A stretch of DNA of 64,000 bases from an uncultured bacterium. GTDB lineage: Bacteria > UBA8481. Of the stretch, positions 18,977-32,721 are shown in pieces; the first letter of the stretch is position 1, and the number at the start of each line of letters is the position of its first letter. A program made the translations under genes and the position numbers. The notes beneath the pieces are model-generated. The model was not told the origin of the DNA, ran no database searches, and saw only the letters and a list, made by a program, of their open reading frames with translations. Location of the stretch: contig CAZCME010000018.1 of NCBI GenBank assembly GCA_964499705.1, forward strand, positions 1-64,000. The letters are read 5' to 3'.

Positions 18977-19468
18977 TTACTGCTTCACAAGCTCCACGCG
19001 CCGGTTCATGGCCCGGCCTTCCGGATAATCCTCGCCGGTCTGGTACGTGTTCGCGGCGACCGGCCGTGTCTCCCCGAAACCGCGGGCTGCAAGCCGCTCG
19101 GCGGCCACGCCCCTCTGAACGAGGGCATCGCGCACGGCCTTGGCGCGGCGCATGGAGAGCGAATAGTTGTATTGATCCGTGCCGATGTGATCGGCGTGAC
19201 CGTCGACGAAATAGGAGGCGGTATCGCTCGAGAGCATCATGTGCCACTTGGCGAGAATCGGCCCGGCGGTCGCCTTCAAGCGCGCGGAGTTGAACTCGAA
19301 GAGCATATCGGCGCGCGCGGTCATCTCCTCGCAAACCGGCGGGAAGTAACCTTCCGGGCCGATCCGGACCAGGTCAGTCTGCCCCGCGCAGACCGGCCCC
19401 GGCACGACGATGGGTCTTCCGGCGGCGACTGACATGAGGGAAACGAGAATGATGACGGCGGTTTTCAC
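18977..19468 (-). CDS. OmpA-family peptidoglycan-binding protein
   Basis: FEFNSA.L, GHAD..G...YNY.LS.RRA..V, GFGE.RP, NRRVE. Confidence 0.9.
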   Translation of the reverse strand: MKTAVIILVSLMSVAAGRPIVVPGPVCAGQTDLVRIGPEGYFPPVCEEMTARADMLFEFNSARLKATAGPILAKWHMMLSSDTASYFVDGHADHIGTDQYNYSLSMRRAKAVRDALVQRGVAAERLAARGFGETRPVAANTYQTGEDYPEGRAMNRRVELVKQ

Positions 19469-19597
19469 TAGGGAACAAGATATGTGACCGGAACGTCTCT
19501 CGTCAAGGGCCGCGGCCGAAATGCGCGGCTTTGAGCAGCTTTGTGCCGCTCTTTAATTCCGATTTCCCATTCCCGGTTTCACTTTTATGATTTCTCC

Positions 19598-20155
19598 ATG
19601 CGTCGATCGTCCCTCTCGTCCGGAGCCTACCTCCTGGATGAATTTATCTCTCCCCTCTCCCATCGCGTCGTCTCCGTGCATGAAGCGTCCGTTCCCGGAC
19701 TGGGCAGGATTCGAGCGGGAGCCACGGCCAGGGGCGTCTGCTTCATTGAATTGAAGCCGGAGACCGAGCAGACCGCGCGCCGATGGCGCGACGCGGGATA
19801 TGAAATCAGAAAGTCCGTCGCCCCCCTCCGGGAACTCTTCCGCCAGCTCCGGGAATACGGTTCAGGAAAACACCGGCAAATCGATATCGAGGTCGATCTG
19901 CCGCTGGAGACGCCGTTCACGCGCCGGATCCTGAAAGCCGTGGCCCGCATTCCCTACGGCAGCACGGTAACCTACGGAGAAATCGCCCGGCGCATCGGGT
20001 GCCCCTCGTCATCCCGCGCCGTCGGCGGCGCGGTCGGAAGAAACCCCGTGCCCGTCATCATCCCCTGTCACAGGGTGGTTGCTTCATCCGGGCTTGGAGG
20101 ATTCTCATGCGGTGTGGAGATGAAGAAGAAGCTGTTACTTCTGGAAGAGCGCTGA
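19598..20155 (+). CDS. ogt: Methylated-DNA--protein-cysteine methyltransferase
   Basis: IPYG.T.TYGEIA, RAVG.A..RNP, active-site PCHRVV. Start uncertain. Confidence 0.9.
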   Translation: MRRSSLSSGAYLLDEFISPLSHRVVSVHEASVPGLGRIRAGATARGVCFIELKPETEQTARRWRDAGYEIRKSVAPLRELFRQLREYGSGKHRQIDIEVDLPLETPFTRRILKAVARIPYGSTVTYGEIARRIGCPSSSRAVGGAVGRNPVPVIIPCHRVVASSGLGGFSCGVEMKKKLLLLEER

Positions 20156-20172
20156 CGAATTCCAAGGCTTTC

Positions 20173-20820
20173 CTAGTAAATATAAACTCTCGTCCCCGAA
20201 TCCACGGCGTTGAAGAGGATCTCCAGATCCTTCGCTCCGACGCGGATGCAGCCGTGCGAAACATAGCGGCCGATCGTCCACGGCTCGTCGGTGCCGTGGA
20301 TGCCGATGCCGTCGCGGAGATTCAACCGGTACTTGCCGAGATGGCCGCGGAAGGTGCGTTGCTCCAGTGTGAGATCCTCCGGAACGGTCTCCCCTTTTTC
20401 GTGCCAGTACCAGTCCGGAGCGATCCAGACCGGGTCGGTCTCCTTGCTGGTGACATGATACATGCCGGGCGGCGTTGCGAAATCATACGCGCGGCCGAAA
20501 ATCTTCAGCTTTCTGCCGCTTCCGCTGGCAACCTTGATCTCCCGGATCGCGTGCCGGCCTTCCATCAGGTACAGCTTGTTCTCCTTCACGGCGACGGCGA
20601 TATGCCGGGACGTGTCGTTGTTCGAATCGTTCTCCGCCTGCAGTTGGTCGACGGCCATCTTGAGATTTCCGACATCGTTGGAGAGACTCGTGACCTGCGC
20701 GGAAAGTTTACCGATGGTCACGAACTGGTGCTGGACGACGAAGAGGCCTCCCCCGACGGACAAGGCCAGGGCGATGATCAGGAGGACGACGGCGATACGG
20801 CTGTAGATGGGCAGATTCAT
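20173..20820 (-). CDS. L,D-transpeptidase (YkuD family) with N-terminal anchor and coiled coil
   Basis: TPPG.Y, IGIHGT...IG..VSHGCIR. Confidence 0.9.
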   Translation of the reverse strand: MNLPIYSRIAVVLLIIALALSVGGGLFVVQHQFVTIGKLSAQVTSLSNDVGNLKMAVDQLQAENDSNNDTSRHIAVAVKENKLYLMEGRHAIREIKVASGSGRKLKIFGRAYDFATPPGMYHVTSKETDPVWIAPDWYWHEKGETVPEDLTLEQRTFRGHLGKYRLNLRDGIGIHGTDEPWTIGRYVSHGCIRVGAKDLEILFNAVDSGTRVYIY

Positions 20821-20821
20821 T

Positions 20822-22327
20822 CTAAATTATAAGTGATTCACCTGTCATTTCGGCGGGTTGCGGAATTTTCATGAGAGATAAAATCGTCGGAGCGACGTCG
20901 GCGAGCCGGCCGCCCTCCCTCAGCTTGACGGATCCCGCTCCGCACACGGTGAATGTCACATCGAAGGTCGTGTGCTGGGTGTGCGGTTCGCCCGTCTCGT
21001 ACCAGATCATCTGCTCGGCGTTTCCGTGATCGGCCGTCACGAGCGCCGCGCCGCCCCGGGCCAGCACCGCCGGAACGATCTTCGCCAGGCCGGCGTCGAC
21101 GGCTTCCACCGCCCTGATCGCGGCTTCGAGGACGCCCGTGTGTCCGACCATGTCGCCGTTGGCGTAGTTCACGATGATGAAATCGAACTCGCCGGAATCG
21201 ATCGCATCGAGAACGCCCTGCGTCACTCCCTCCGCGCTCATCTCCGGCTGGAGATCGTACGTCGCGACCTTGGGAGAAGGAATCATCTTCCGTACTTCGC
21301 CCTCGTTCACTTCCTCGATGCCGCCGTTCAGGAAAAACGTGACGTGCGCGTACTTTTCCGTCTCCGCGGTATGAAACTGTTTCCTGCCGTTCTTCGCCAG
21401 CACCCGGGCCAGGACATTGTCGAGATTCTGCGGAGGATAGGCGATGGGCAGCGTGAAGGCTTCGTCGTACTGGACCATGCCGAGATACCGGAGCGTCGGC
21501 ATGCGCTCGCGCGCGAAGCCGGCGAATTCCGGATCCATCAAAGCCCGTGTCATCTGCCGGGCGCGATCGGGGCGGAAGTTCCAGAAGAAGACGGAGTCGC
21601 CGTCCTGGAGGCGGACCGCATCGCCGATGACGCAAGGGTCGACGAATTCGTCGGTGACGTCCTTCGCGTAAGCGGACTGCACCGCTTCCACGGCGGAAGA
21701 AAACACCGGGGCGTCTCCGTTCACCACGGCATCGTACGCGCGCTTCGTCCGTTCCCAGCGCTTGTCGCGATCCATGGCGTAGTACCGGCCCGACACGGTC
21801 GCGATCCGGCCCGTTCCGATCTTCGCGATGGCCGATTCCAGCTGCCGGACCAGGTCGATGCCCGACCTCGGCGGCATGTCGCGGCCGTCCATGAAACAAT
21901 GAATCGCGACGTTTTTAACACCCTTCTTCGCGCACGCCGAAAGAATCGCCTCCACGTGCCGGATGTCGCCGTGCACGCCACCCGTGGAGAGCAGTCCCAT
22001 CAGGTGAAGCGTTCCCTGCCCGACGCCCTCCAGGATTTTCACGATCTCCGCGTTGGAAGCGAACCTATCCTCGCGAATCTCCTTGTTGATGAGCGTCAGC
22101 GTCTGGTACACGACCCGGCCCGCTCCGATGTTCAGATGCCCGACCTCGGAGTTCCCCATGACGCCGGCAGGCAATCCGACATCCTCCCCGCTCGTCCTGA
22201 TCGCGGTCGTCGGGAAATCGCGCCAGATCTTCTCGATGAAGGGCTTCTTCGCCTGGGCGACCGCGTTATGGTCGGCTCGCGGATTGATGCCCACGCCGTC
22301 CATGATGACGAGCATGACGGGCTTCAT
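20822..22327 (-). CDS. gpmI: 2,3-bisphosphoglycerate-independent phosphoglycerate mutase
   Basis: MGNSEVGH.NIGAGR, GRYYAMDRD.RW, AETEKYAHVTFF, DMVGHTG, TADHGNAE. Confidence 0.97.
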   Translation of the reverse strand: MKPVMLVIMDGVGINPRADHNAVAQAKKPFIEKIWRDFPTTAIRTSGEDVGLPAGVMGNSEVGHLNIGAGRVVYQTLTLINKEIREDRFASNAEIVKILEGVGQGTLHLMGLLSTGGVHGDIRHVEAILSACAKKGVKNVAIHCFMDGRDMPPRSGIDLVRQLESAIAKIGTGRIATVSGRYYAMDRDKRWERTKRAYDAVVNGDAPVFSSAVEAVQSAYAKDVTDEFVDPCVIGDAVRLQDGDSVFFWNFRPDRARQMTRALMDPEFAGFARERMPTLRYLGMVQYDEAFTLPIAYPPQNLDNVLARVLAKNGRKQFHTAETEKYAHVTFFLNGGIEEVNEGEVRKMIPSPKVATYDLQPEMSAEGVTQGVLDAIDSGEFDFIIVNYANGDMVGHTGVLEAAIRAVEAVDAGLAKIVPAVLARGGAALVTADHGNAEQMIWYETGEPHTQHTTFDVTFTVCGAGSVKLREGGRLADVAPTILSLMKIPQPAEMTGESLII

Positions 22328-22346
22328 GGGAAAGAAAGTGCGCCGT

Positions 22347-23105
22347 TCACACCGCGGCCTTGACGATCGCCTCGAAGTCGTCCGCCTCCAGGGATGCTCC
22401 TCCGACCAGAGCGCCGTCGATATCCGACTGCCCTAGAAGGGTCTTCGCGTTGTCCGGCTTGACGCTGCCGCCGTACTGGATCCGGACCGAGGAAGCGACC
22501 GTGGGATTGAAGAGCTTCACGAGGCGGTTGCGGATGAAGACGTGAACCGCGTTGGCCTGGTCCGGAGTCGCGGTCTTGCCCGTTCCTATGGCCCAGACCG
22601 GCTCGTACGCGATGATGGTCCTCATCATCTCTTCCGCCGTCAGTCCTCCGAGGGATCCGTCGACCTGCGATCCGACCACTTCCTCCGTCTTGTTTCCTTC
22701 GCGCTGCGCGAGCGTCTCCCCGACGCAGACGATCGGCGTCAGCTTATTCGCATGTGCGGAACGCGCCTTCTTCAGGATGAGGTCGTCCTTCTCGCCGAAA
22801 TGCTCGCGCCGCTCGGAGTGCCCCAGGATCACATAGCGGCAACCGAGATCCACCAGCATGACGGGCGAAATTTCTCCGGTGAACGCGCCCTTCTCGGCGA
22901 AGTGCATGTTCTGCGCGCCGACGCCGATGTTCGAATCCTTCAGGACTTCCGTGACGGACGGCAGCGACGTGAACGGCGGGCAGATGCCGATCTCCACGTC
23001 CCTGACGCCGACGAACTTCACCTTGAGGCTCTTCGCGAGGCGCATCGCGTCGGAAACGGTCTTGTGCATCTTCCAATTGCCGACAATGACGGGTGTTCGT
23101 GACAT
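22347..23105 (-). CDS. tpiA: Triosephosphate isomerase
   Basis: GNWKM, GAFTGE, GHSERR, AYEPVWAIGTG, YGGSV, LVGGASL. Confidence 0.98.
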   Translation of the reverse strand: MSRTPVIVGNWKMHKTVSDAMRLAKSLKVKFVGVRDVEIGICPPFTSLPSVTEVLKDSNIGVGAQNMHFAEKGAFTGEISPVMLVDLGCRYVILGHSERREHFGEKDDLILKKARSAHANKLTPIVCVGETLAQREGNKTEEVVGSQVDGSLGGLTAEEMMRTIIAYEPVWAIGTGKTATPDQANAVHVFIRNRLVKLFNPTVASSVRIQYGGSVKPDNAKTLLGQSDIDGALVGGASLEADDFEAIVKAAV

Positions 23106-23131
23106 GGTTTTCTCCTGTCGATTCCGCGAAA

Positions 23132-24424
23132 CTATTTTCTCACGTCCAGCGCCGCGACGCCGGGCAGAACTTTCCCTTCCAGGAACTCGATCGATGCTCC
23201 GCCGCCCGTGGAAATATGGCTCATCTTCGATGCCAGCCCGAGCTTGGAGACCGCGGAGACGCTGTCGCCGCCGCCGACGATGGATATCGCTCCGGAATCC
23301 GCGATGGCCCGCGCGATTCCCAGCGTGCCCTCCGCGAAACGCGGCGTCTCGAAGACGCCCATCGGCCCGTTCCAGACGACGGTTTTGGCGGCGGACAGCC
23401 GGCCCGCGAACAAGGCCACGCTTTCCGGGCCGATGTCGAAACCGCCGACGCCGGGTTCGATCGCGCTCGCCTTCACGACGGTCGCCTGGTCGGGCGCGGA
23501 GAGCGAGGGCGCCACCACGACGTCCGTGGGCAGGAGGATGTCGACGCCGCGCGAGCGGGCCTCGTCGAGCAGTTCCTTCGCGAGCGCGATCTGATCGGGT
23601 TCGAGGAGCGACTTGCCGACTTCATGGCCCATCGCCTTCAGGAACGTGAAGGCCATGCCGCCGCCGATGATGATGGCGTCGCATTTCGTCAGGAGATTTT
23701 TAATGACGGGGATCTTGTCGGATACCTTCGCTCCGCCCAGCACCGCGACGAACGGCCGCGCCGGATTCGCCAGGGCCAAGCCGAGATACTTCAGTTCCGC
23801 TTCCATTAAAAGGCCCGAGACGGCGGGCTTGACGAGACCGGGCAGAAGCGCCGTCGTCGCATGAGCCCGGTGCGCGGCGCCGAAGGCGTCGTTGACGTAG
23901 ACGTCGCAGAGCATGGAGAGGTCGAGGACGAACGCGGTCTGCTTCCGCTTCATCTCCGCCTTCGCCGCGTTCTTCACGTCGTCCGGAGCATCCTTCGGGA
24001 GCTTCGCCTTGCCTTCCTCCTCCGGATAATACCGGACGTTCTCCAGCAGGAGGATTTCTCCATCTTTCAGGGCGCGGGACGCGGCCTGGACCTTCTCGCC
24101 GATGCAGTCATTGACGAAGAGCACCTGCCGTCCGAGCACCTCCGAGGCTTTCTTCGCGACGGGCGAGAGCGAGAACTCGGGCTTTTTCTCTCCGTCCGGG
24201 CGGCCGAGGTGGGACGCGAGAATGATCCGCGCTTTTTTCTCCACGAGCAGGTCGATCGTCGGCTTCGTGGCCCGGATGCGCTTGTCGTTCGTGACGACGC
24301 AGCCGGGGGAGCCCGCATTTTCGAGCGGAACGTTGTAATCCACGCGCACGAAGACGCGCTTGCCCGCCACATCGATATCCCGGATCGTCGCCCTCTCCGG
24401 CAACTCCGCCCCCGTGGCCTCCAT
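23132..24424 (-). CDS. pgk: Phosphoglycerate kinase
   Basis: RVDYNVP, SHLGRP, LLENVR, NDAFGAAHRAH, GGAKVSDK, WNGPMG, HISTGGGA. Confidence 0.97.
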   Translation of the reverse strand: MEATGAELPERATIRDIDVAGKRVFVRVDYNVPLENAGSPGCVVTNDKRIRATKPTIDLLVEKKARIILASHLGRPDGEKKPEFSLSPVAKKASEVLGRQVLFVNDCIGEKVQAASRALKDGEILLLENVRYYPEEEGKAKLPKDAPDDVKNAAKAEMKRKQTAFVLDLSMLCDVYVNDAFGAAHRAHATTALLPGLVKPAVSGLLMEAELKYLGLALANPARPFVAVLGGAKVSDKIPVIKNLLTKCDAIIIGGGMAFTFLKAMGHEVGKSLLEPDQIALAKELLDEARSRGVDILLPTDVVVAPSLSAPDQATVVKASAIEPGVGGFDIGPESVALFAGRLSAAKTVVWNGPMGVFETPRFAEGTLGIARAIADSGAISIVGGGDSVSAVSKLGLASKMSHISTGGGASIEFLEGKVLPGVAALDVRK

Positions 24425-24426
24425 CG

Positions 24427-27828
<3,402 letters not shown>

Positions 27829-27832
<4 letters not shown>

Positions 27833-29445
27833 CCTGCGTGTCCTTCCTCCGCCGCGTCCTCCCACTTTCTCTTCTTCTCCTGCTGGCAGCCGGAGCGCCC
27901 CAGGCAGCCTCCCTGGACGAAACAACCTCCGCGGAAAACCGCGGCATCGTTCATCTCCTCAACCGCATCGGCTACGGACCGCGCCCGGGCGACGTCGAAC
28001 GCGTGCGCTCGATGGGAGTGCCGGCTTATATCGAGGAACAGCTCCATCCCGAGACGATCGACGACGCTTCCTGCGAGGAAAAGTTGTCGGGACTGAAAAC
28101 GCTCGGGATGTCGATCCCCGAGCTGCTGCGGGAATATCCGAAGCCCGAGCCCAAGGCTGATACCCGCGACGAGAAGCCGCGCGGCATGGAGAACAACCGG
28201 CGGCCGGCGGTCATCATCATGGAACTGGCGGAGGCGAAGATGATCCGGGCCGTTCACAGCGAGCGACAGCTCCAGGAAGTCATGACCGATTTCTGGTTCA
28301 ACCATTTCAACGTCAACGCGGCGAAGGACGCCGGCCGCTGGCTCGCGACATCCTACGAGCGCGACGCGATCCGACCGCATGCGCTGGGCCGTTTCCGGGA
28401 GCTCCTCGGCGCCACCGCGAAACATCCGGCGATGCTATTTTACCTGGACAACTACCAGAGCGTGAAACCCGGCGGCGGGACCGGCCGACGGCGCGGCGGA
28501 GAAACCGACAGCCGCCCGCGCGGTCCTCGCGGCTTGAACGAGAATTACGGGCGCGAGCTGATGGAGCTTCATACACTGGGCGTGGACGGCGGATACACGC
28601 AGCGCGATGTCACGGAAGTTTCGCGATGTTTCACCGGATGGACGATCGACGACCCCAGGAAGGGCGGCAGTGGATCCTTCCTCTTCAGAGGTCTGATGCA
28701 TGACGAGGGATCCAAGGTCGTGCTCGGCGTAACGATCGCGGCGGGCGGCGGACAGAAGGACGGCGAGCAGGTGCTCGACATGCTGGCGAGCCATCCGAAG
28801 ACGGCCGCGTTCATCTCCAGAAAGCTCGTCAATTATTTCGTCTCGGATACGCCCTCCCCCGCTCTCGTCAAGCGCACAGCGGACGTGTTCAGGAAGTCGG
28901 GCGGCGATATTCGAGAAGTAGTGAGGTTGATCATCACTTCTCCGGAGTTCAACGCGGCGGGATCCTGGCGCGCCAAGATCAAGAAGCCGTTCGAGCTTGT
29001 CGCGTCCACGCTCCGCATCACCGGCGCATCGACGACGGCGCCGAACCAGCTTCCCCGCGTCGTCGGCCGGATCGGCGAGCCGCTCTACCAGTGCGAGCCG
29101 CCGACCGGATATCCCTCCCATGCGGCGGCGTGGGTCAACACGGGCGCGCTCCTCAACCGGATGAACTTCGCGCTCGCGTTCGCCGGGCGGAAAATTCCCG
29201 GAGTGACGGTGTCGCTGAAGAGCGCCTTTCCCGACGCGGAAGGCAAGGAACCCGGAGAAGTGCTGGAGATGATGATCGGGGAATGGCTCGGCGGTTCGGT
29301 CAGCTCCATCACGCGGCAGACACTGGAGACGGTCGTGAACGATCCCGAGCTGCGACGCGCGCGGCTGGACGATCGCCCCCGGAATGCCGACATGGTGCGG
29401 CTTGCGGCGCTCGTTCTGGGATCTCCGGAGTTTCAGCGCCGATGA
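27829..29445 (+). CDS. DUF1800 family exported protein
   Basis: HLLNR.GYG.RPGD, QL.EVM.DFW.NHFNV, HPAML.YLDN, NENYGRELMELHTLG, LGSPEFQRR. Confidence 0.92.
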
Positions 29446-30770
29446 AGCGAAAGATGGTGACGCGTCGCGTCTTCATGAAGGAGGGTGCCGCGGCGTTCGT
29501 GGGGATCGGCTCCGCATTCGTCCTTCCGCATTTTCTCATCCGTGCCGCCTACGCCGCCATGCCGGAAGGATCCACCCCGGACGCAAAACGAAAAACGCTC
29601 ATCGTCCTCTTCCAGCGCGGCGCCGCGGACGGCCTCTCCATGGTGATTCCTTTCGCGGAGGACATGTATTACAACGTCCGCCCCACGATCTCCGTGCCGC
29701 TCCCTCTGGCGGGCGTCTCCAACGGCGCCATCGATCTCGACGGCTTCTTCGCGCTCCATCCGGCTCTCGCGCCCTTCAAGGATCTCTACGACGGGCAGCA
29801 CCTCGCCATCGTTCATGCGGCGGGTTCTCCCGACAGCACGCGATCCCACTTCGACGCGCAGGATTTCATGGAGACGGGGACGCCGGGCGACAAGACGACG
29901 ATCGACGGCTGGCTGAATCGATATCTCCTGGCTCGCAAGCTTGACGCGGAGAAGAAGGAATCTCCGTTCCGCGCCGTCGCTCTCGGCCAGAGGCTCCCTC
30001 GTATTCTCCAGGGAGAATTTCCGGCCGTATCGATGCCGAGCATCAAGGCGTTCGACGTGCAGGGCGGAGGATCGACGCGCGGTCCGGCGCAAGCCGGCCA
30101 GGCGCGGGCGCGCAGTATGTCCTCGGGATTCGAGGCGATGTATGCCCAGGGCGTCCAGGATCTCCTGTACGGCACCGGCCGCGAAACCTTCGACGCGGTC
30201 AAGATGCTCCGCGCCGCCAACCCGGCGAAGTTCGAGCCTGACAACGGCGCCGTCTATCCGCGAGGAGCGTTCGGCGACGCCCTGAAGCAGATCGCGCAGC
30301 TCATCAAGTCGGATATCGGACTGGAGATCGCCTTCGCCGACAGCGGGGGCTGGGACACGCATGCGAACCAGGGAGGAATCCAGGGCCAGCTCGCGATTAA
30401 TCTGAGGTCGTTCTCGCAGGGTATCGCCGCGCTCCACCGCGATCTCGGCGACCGGATGAACGACGTCGTCATCGTCACGCTCTCGGAGTTCGGCCGCACC
30501 GTCCGCGAAAACGGCAACCGCGGAACGGACCACGGCCACGCCAATGCGATTTTCGTCCTGGGCGGCGGCGTCAAGGGCGGCAAGGTTTACGGCAGATGGC
30601 CCGGACTTTCGTCAGGGCAGTTGCACGAGGGAAGAGACCTCGCCATCACGACCGATTTCCGCGACGTTCTGGGAGAAATCGTCTCGCGCCACCTCGGCTT
30701 GAGCGAACTCTCAGGCGTTTTTCCGGGTCATGAGGTCAACACGCTTAACTTCCGCGGCATCATGGGCTGA
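29442..30770 (+). CDS. DUF1501 family Tat-exported protein
   Basis: Tat-like TRRVFMK, FQRGAADGL, RSHFDAQ, GGWDTH, SEFGRT..ENG.RGTDHG. Canonical partner of DUF1800. Confidence 0.92.
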   Translation: MKRKMVTRRVFMKEGAAAFVGIGSAFVLPHFLIRAAYAAMPEGSTPDAKRKTLIVLFQRGAADGLSMVIPFAEDMYYNVRPTISVPLPLAGVSNGAIDLDGFFALHPALAPFKDLYDGQHLAIVHAAGSPDSTRSHFDAQDFMETGTPGDKTTIDGWLNRYLLARKLDAEKKESPFRAVALGQRLPRILQGEFPAVSMPSIKAFDVQGGGSTRGPAQAGQARARSMSSGFEAMYAQGVQDLLYGTGRETFDAVKMLRAANPAKFEPDNGAVYPRGAFGDALKQIAQLIKSDIGLEIAFADSGGWDTHANQGGIQGQLAINLRSFSQGIAALHRDLGDRMNDVVIVTLSEFGRTVRENGNRGTDHGHANAIFVLGGGVKGGKVYGRWPGLSSGQLHEGRDLAITTDFRDVLGEIVSRHLGLSELSGVFPGHEVNTLNFRGIMG

Positions 30771-30799
30771 GGCCCGGCCTCAGTCACCCGGTCGTTACG

Positions 30800-31324
30800 C
30801 TACTGAGCCCGCAGAACGCTCGCGATGAACTCTTCCGGCAATCCCGCATCTCTCGCGCCCTTTTCGTAAGCGGCCAGGTAGCGCGCGCTGACTGGCCCGT
30901 CGTGCGCGACGCGCACCGGATTGGTGGTGAACGCGGTCGCCTCGACACGCGAACCGTCGGACCGCGTGACCATGACGTTCAACTCGACGGCGGCGCCGGT
31001 CACATGCCCTTCCTTATGCTGAATCATCGGCCACTCTTCGGAGCGAAGGGAATACAGCTTCCCGTACACGGCGTCACCGGGGGAAGAAACGAGACCGGGC
31101 GCCCGGCCGCCCCACCATCGCGAAGGAAAGTTGAAATCCATCTTCCAGTCCTGCGCCTTCACGATCTCGCCTTCCGGAAGGTTGAAGTGAGGATACCCAT
31201 GCTGCATCTTCCACTCCTCGAATGCCGCGCGATCCAGGACGCTCGAATACCCGAAATACAGCCGGGCCTGTCCCGCCGGCGCGCTCTTGATCCTGTCCAT
31301 CACCTGATTGTAATGATCGTCCAT
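30800..31324 (-). CDS. Gamma-glutamylcyclotransferase-family protein
   Basis: LYFGYSS (variant of YFAYGS), VYGKLY, KEG, P.S..YL....GA...GLP.E. Confidence 0.7.
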   Translation of the reverse strand: MDDHYNQVMDRIKSAPAGQARLYFGYSSVLDRAAFEEWKMQHGYPHFNLPEGEIVKAQDWKMDFNFPSRWWGGRAPGLVSSPGDAVYGKLYSLRSEEWPMIQHKEGHVTGAAVELNVMVTRSDGSRVEATAFTTNPVRVAHDGPVSARYLAAYEKGARDAGLPEEFIASVLRAQ

Positions 31325-31340
31325 GAACTTCACCTCCCCG

Positions 31341-31376
31341 CAATCGTCAATCGTTCCTCGCCGATCGTCAATCAAT
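31341..31376. repeat. AATCGTC-type heptamer repeat tract in a divergent intergenic region
   Basis: CAATCGTCAATCGTT...GATCGTCAATCAAT. Confidence 0.5.
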
Positions 31377-31392
31377 TTGCTATCGTGACCGC

Positions 31393-31776
31393 ATGCGGAT
31401 CCGGATCTATTACGAGGACACCGACGCGGGCGGCGTCGTGTACAACGCGAGCTACCTCCGTTTCTTCGAGCGCGCCCGCACCGAATGGCTCCGCGATCGC
31501 GGAATCGACCTGAAGGAGTGGATGGACCGCGACACGCTCTTCGTCGTCTCCGAGCTCGGGATGAAATTCCTCGCCCCCGCCGTCTACGGCGACCTCCTGG
31601 AGATGACGACGGAAATCACCGAGCTGAAGAAGGCGAGCCTCGTCTTCGAGCATTCCGCGCGGGCCCGCGGACACGAGATTGTGAGCGGAACGACCAGACT
31701 GGCCTGCATCGACCGGACGGGAGCGATCATCCGCATTCCGAAGGAGATTCGGGACGTGATCGGAGGAAAATCCTAA
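31393..31776 (+). CDS. YbgC/FadM-family acyl-CoA thioesterase
   Basis: RIYYEDTDAGGVVYNASYLRFFERARTE. Confidence 0.92.
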   Translation: MRIRIYYEDTDAGGVVYNASYLRFFERARTEWLRDRGIDLKEWMDRDTLFVVSELGMKFLAPAVYGDLLEMTTEITELKKASLVFEHSARARGHEIVSGTTRLACIDRTGAIIRIPKEIRDVIGGKS

Positions 31777-31847
31777 ATCCCAACATTGTCCTCCGCAGGA
31801 AGTATTTTGGAGTTCGGATTTGGGATTTGGGATTTCCCTCAGGATTT
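31768..31847. repeat. AAATCCN heptamer palindrome between convergent genes
   Basis: AAATCCTAAATCCCAA ... TTCGGATTTGGGATTTGGGATTT. Same family as 60876-61003. Confidence 0.8.
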
Positions 31848-32717
31848 CCCCGAGGTCGGAATACTCTTCGTCCGGTTCCCTCGCCACCAGGCCCGATACA
31901 TATCCACAACGGACCGGCTTTCCGGTTTCAAGGGGTCGATGCGGCCGAGGTGGAGGCGCGCATCGAGCGCATTCGTGATCAGCATCAGCGCGCCTGGGTC
32001 GCGCTCGCCCTCCAGGGCGTCGAGGAGCACCGCGACCGCCTCGGTTTCCTTCATCCTGCCTAGAATGGAATAAGCCATCGCGCGCGCCACGATCGAAGTA
32101 TCCGTGGCGATGGCGCCAAGTTCCGGGATGGCCATCTTTCCGAGGGCGACGAGTCGGCGGAACTGGGGCGCGTTGCTCGTCATCTTCATTCCCCTGGTCA
32201 GCTCCAGGAAGAGTTTCCGCGCGTCGGTCTCCCTGTCGCTCCCGCGCGGTCGCGGAAAATCCTTGTAGCCGGAGTGGTAAAGGCGGGCGAGTTCCTCCGC
32301 GTAATCCTTCCTGTGCCTCGACCACCACGCGCGGTAATCGTCCATGATCATGGAATCGGACTCGGATTCATAGACTCCGAACGGAAGGCAACCGTTCAGC
32401 GAATAAGTGGCCTCCCTGCGGATCGTATCCGACAGATCGTCGAGGCAGGCGATGATTGTCGGAAGCGCTGACGGCCGTGCCCGCATGCAGCTGATCGCGT
32501 TCACCCTCATGCCTTCCGGATAGGAGGCGTCGGACGCGATGCGCATCAATTCCGCGACCGCATATTCTCCCAGATCTTCGATCTGCTTCATGGCTGTCCG
32601 GCTTTCTGTGGAAGGCATGGGAACCATGGAGCGTTCCAGCAGGATTTCGACTTCCGATTTCTCCTTGCCGCATGCCGAGCCCAGGACGAGGAGGCCTATC
32701 AGGAGTGCGACTCTCAT
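31839..32717 (-). CDS. Lipoprotein with duplicated HEAT-like modules
   Basis: Lipobox LGSA-C. The two halves end DDYRAWWSRHR and DMYRAWWRGNR. Confidence 0.7.
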   Translation of the reverse strand: MRVALLIGLLVLGSACGKEKSEVEILLERSMVPMPSTESRTAMKQIEDLGEYAVAELMRIASDASYPEGMRVNAISCMRARPSALPTIIACLDDLSDTIRREATYSLNGCLPFGVYESESDSMIMDDYRAWWSRHRKDYAEELARLYHSGYKDFPRPRGSDRETDARKLFLELTRGMKMTSNAPQFRRLVALGKMAIPELGAIATDTSIVARAMAYSILGRMKETEAVAVLLDALEGERDPGALMLITNALDARLHLGRIDPLKPESRSVVDMYRAWWRGNRTKSIPTSGKS

Positions 32718-32721
32718 GCCA

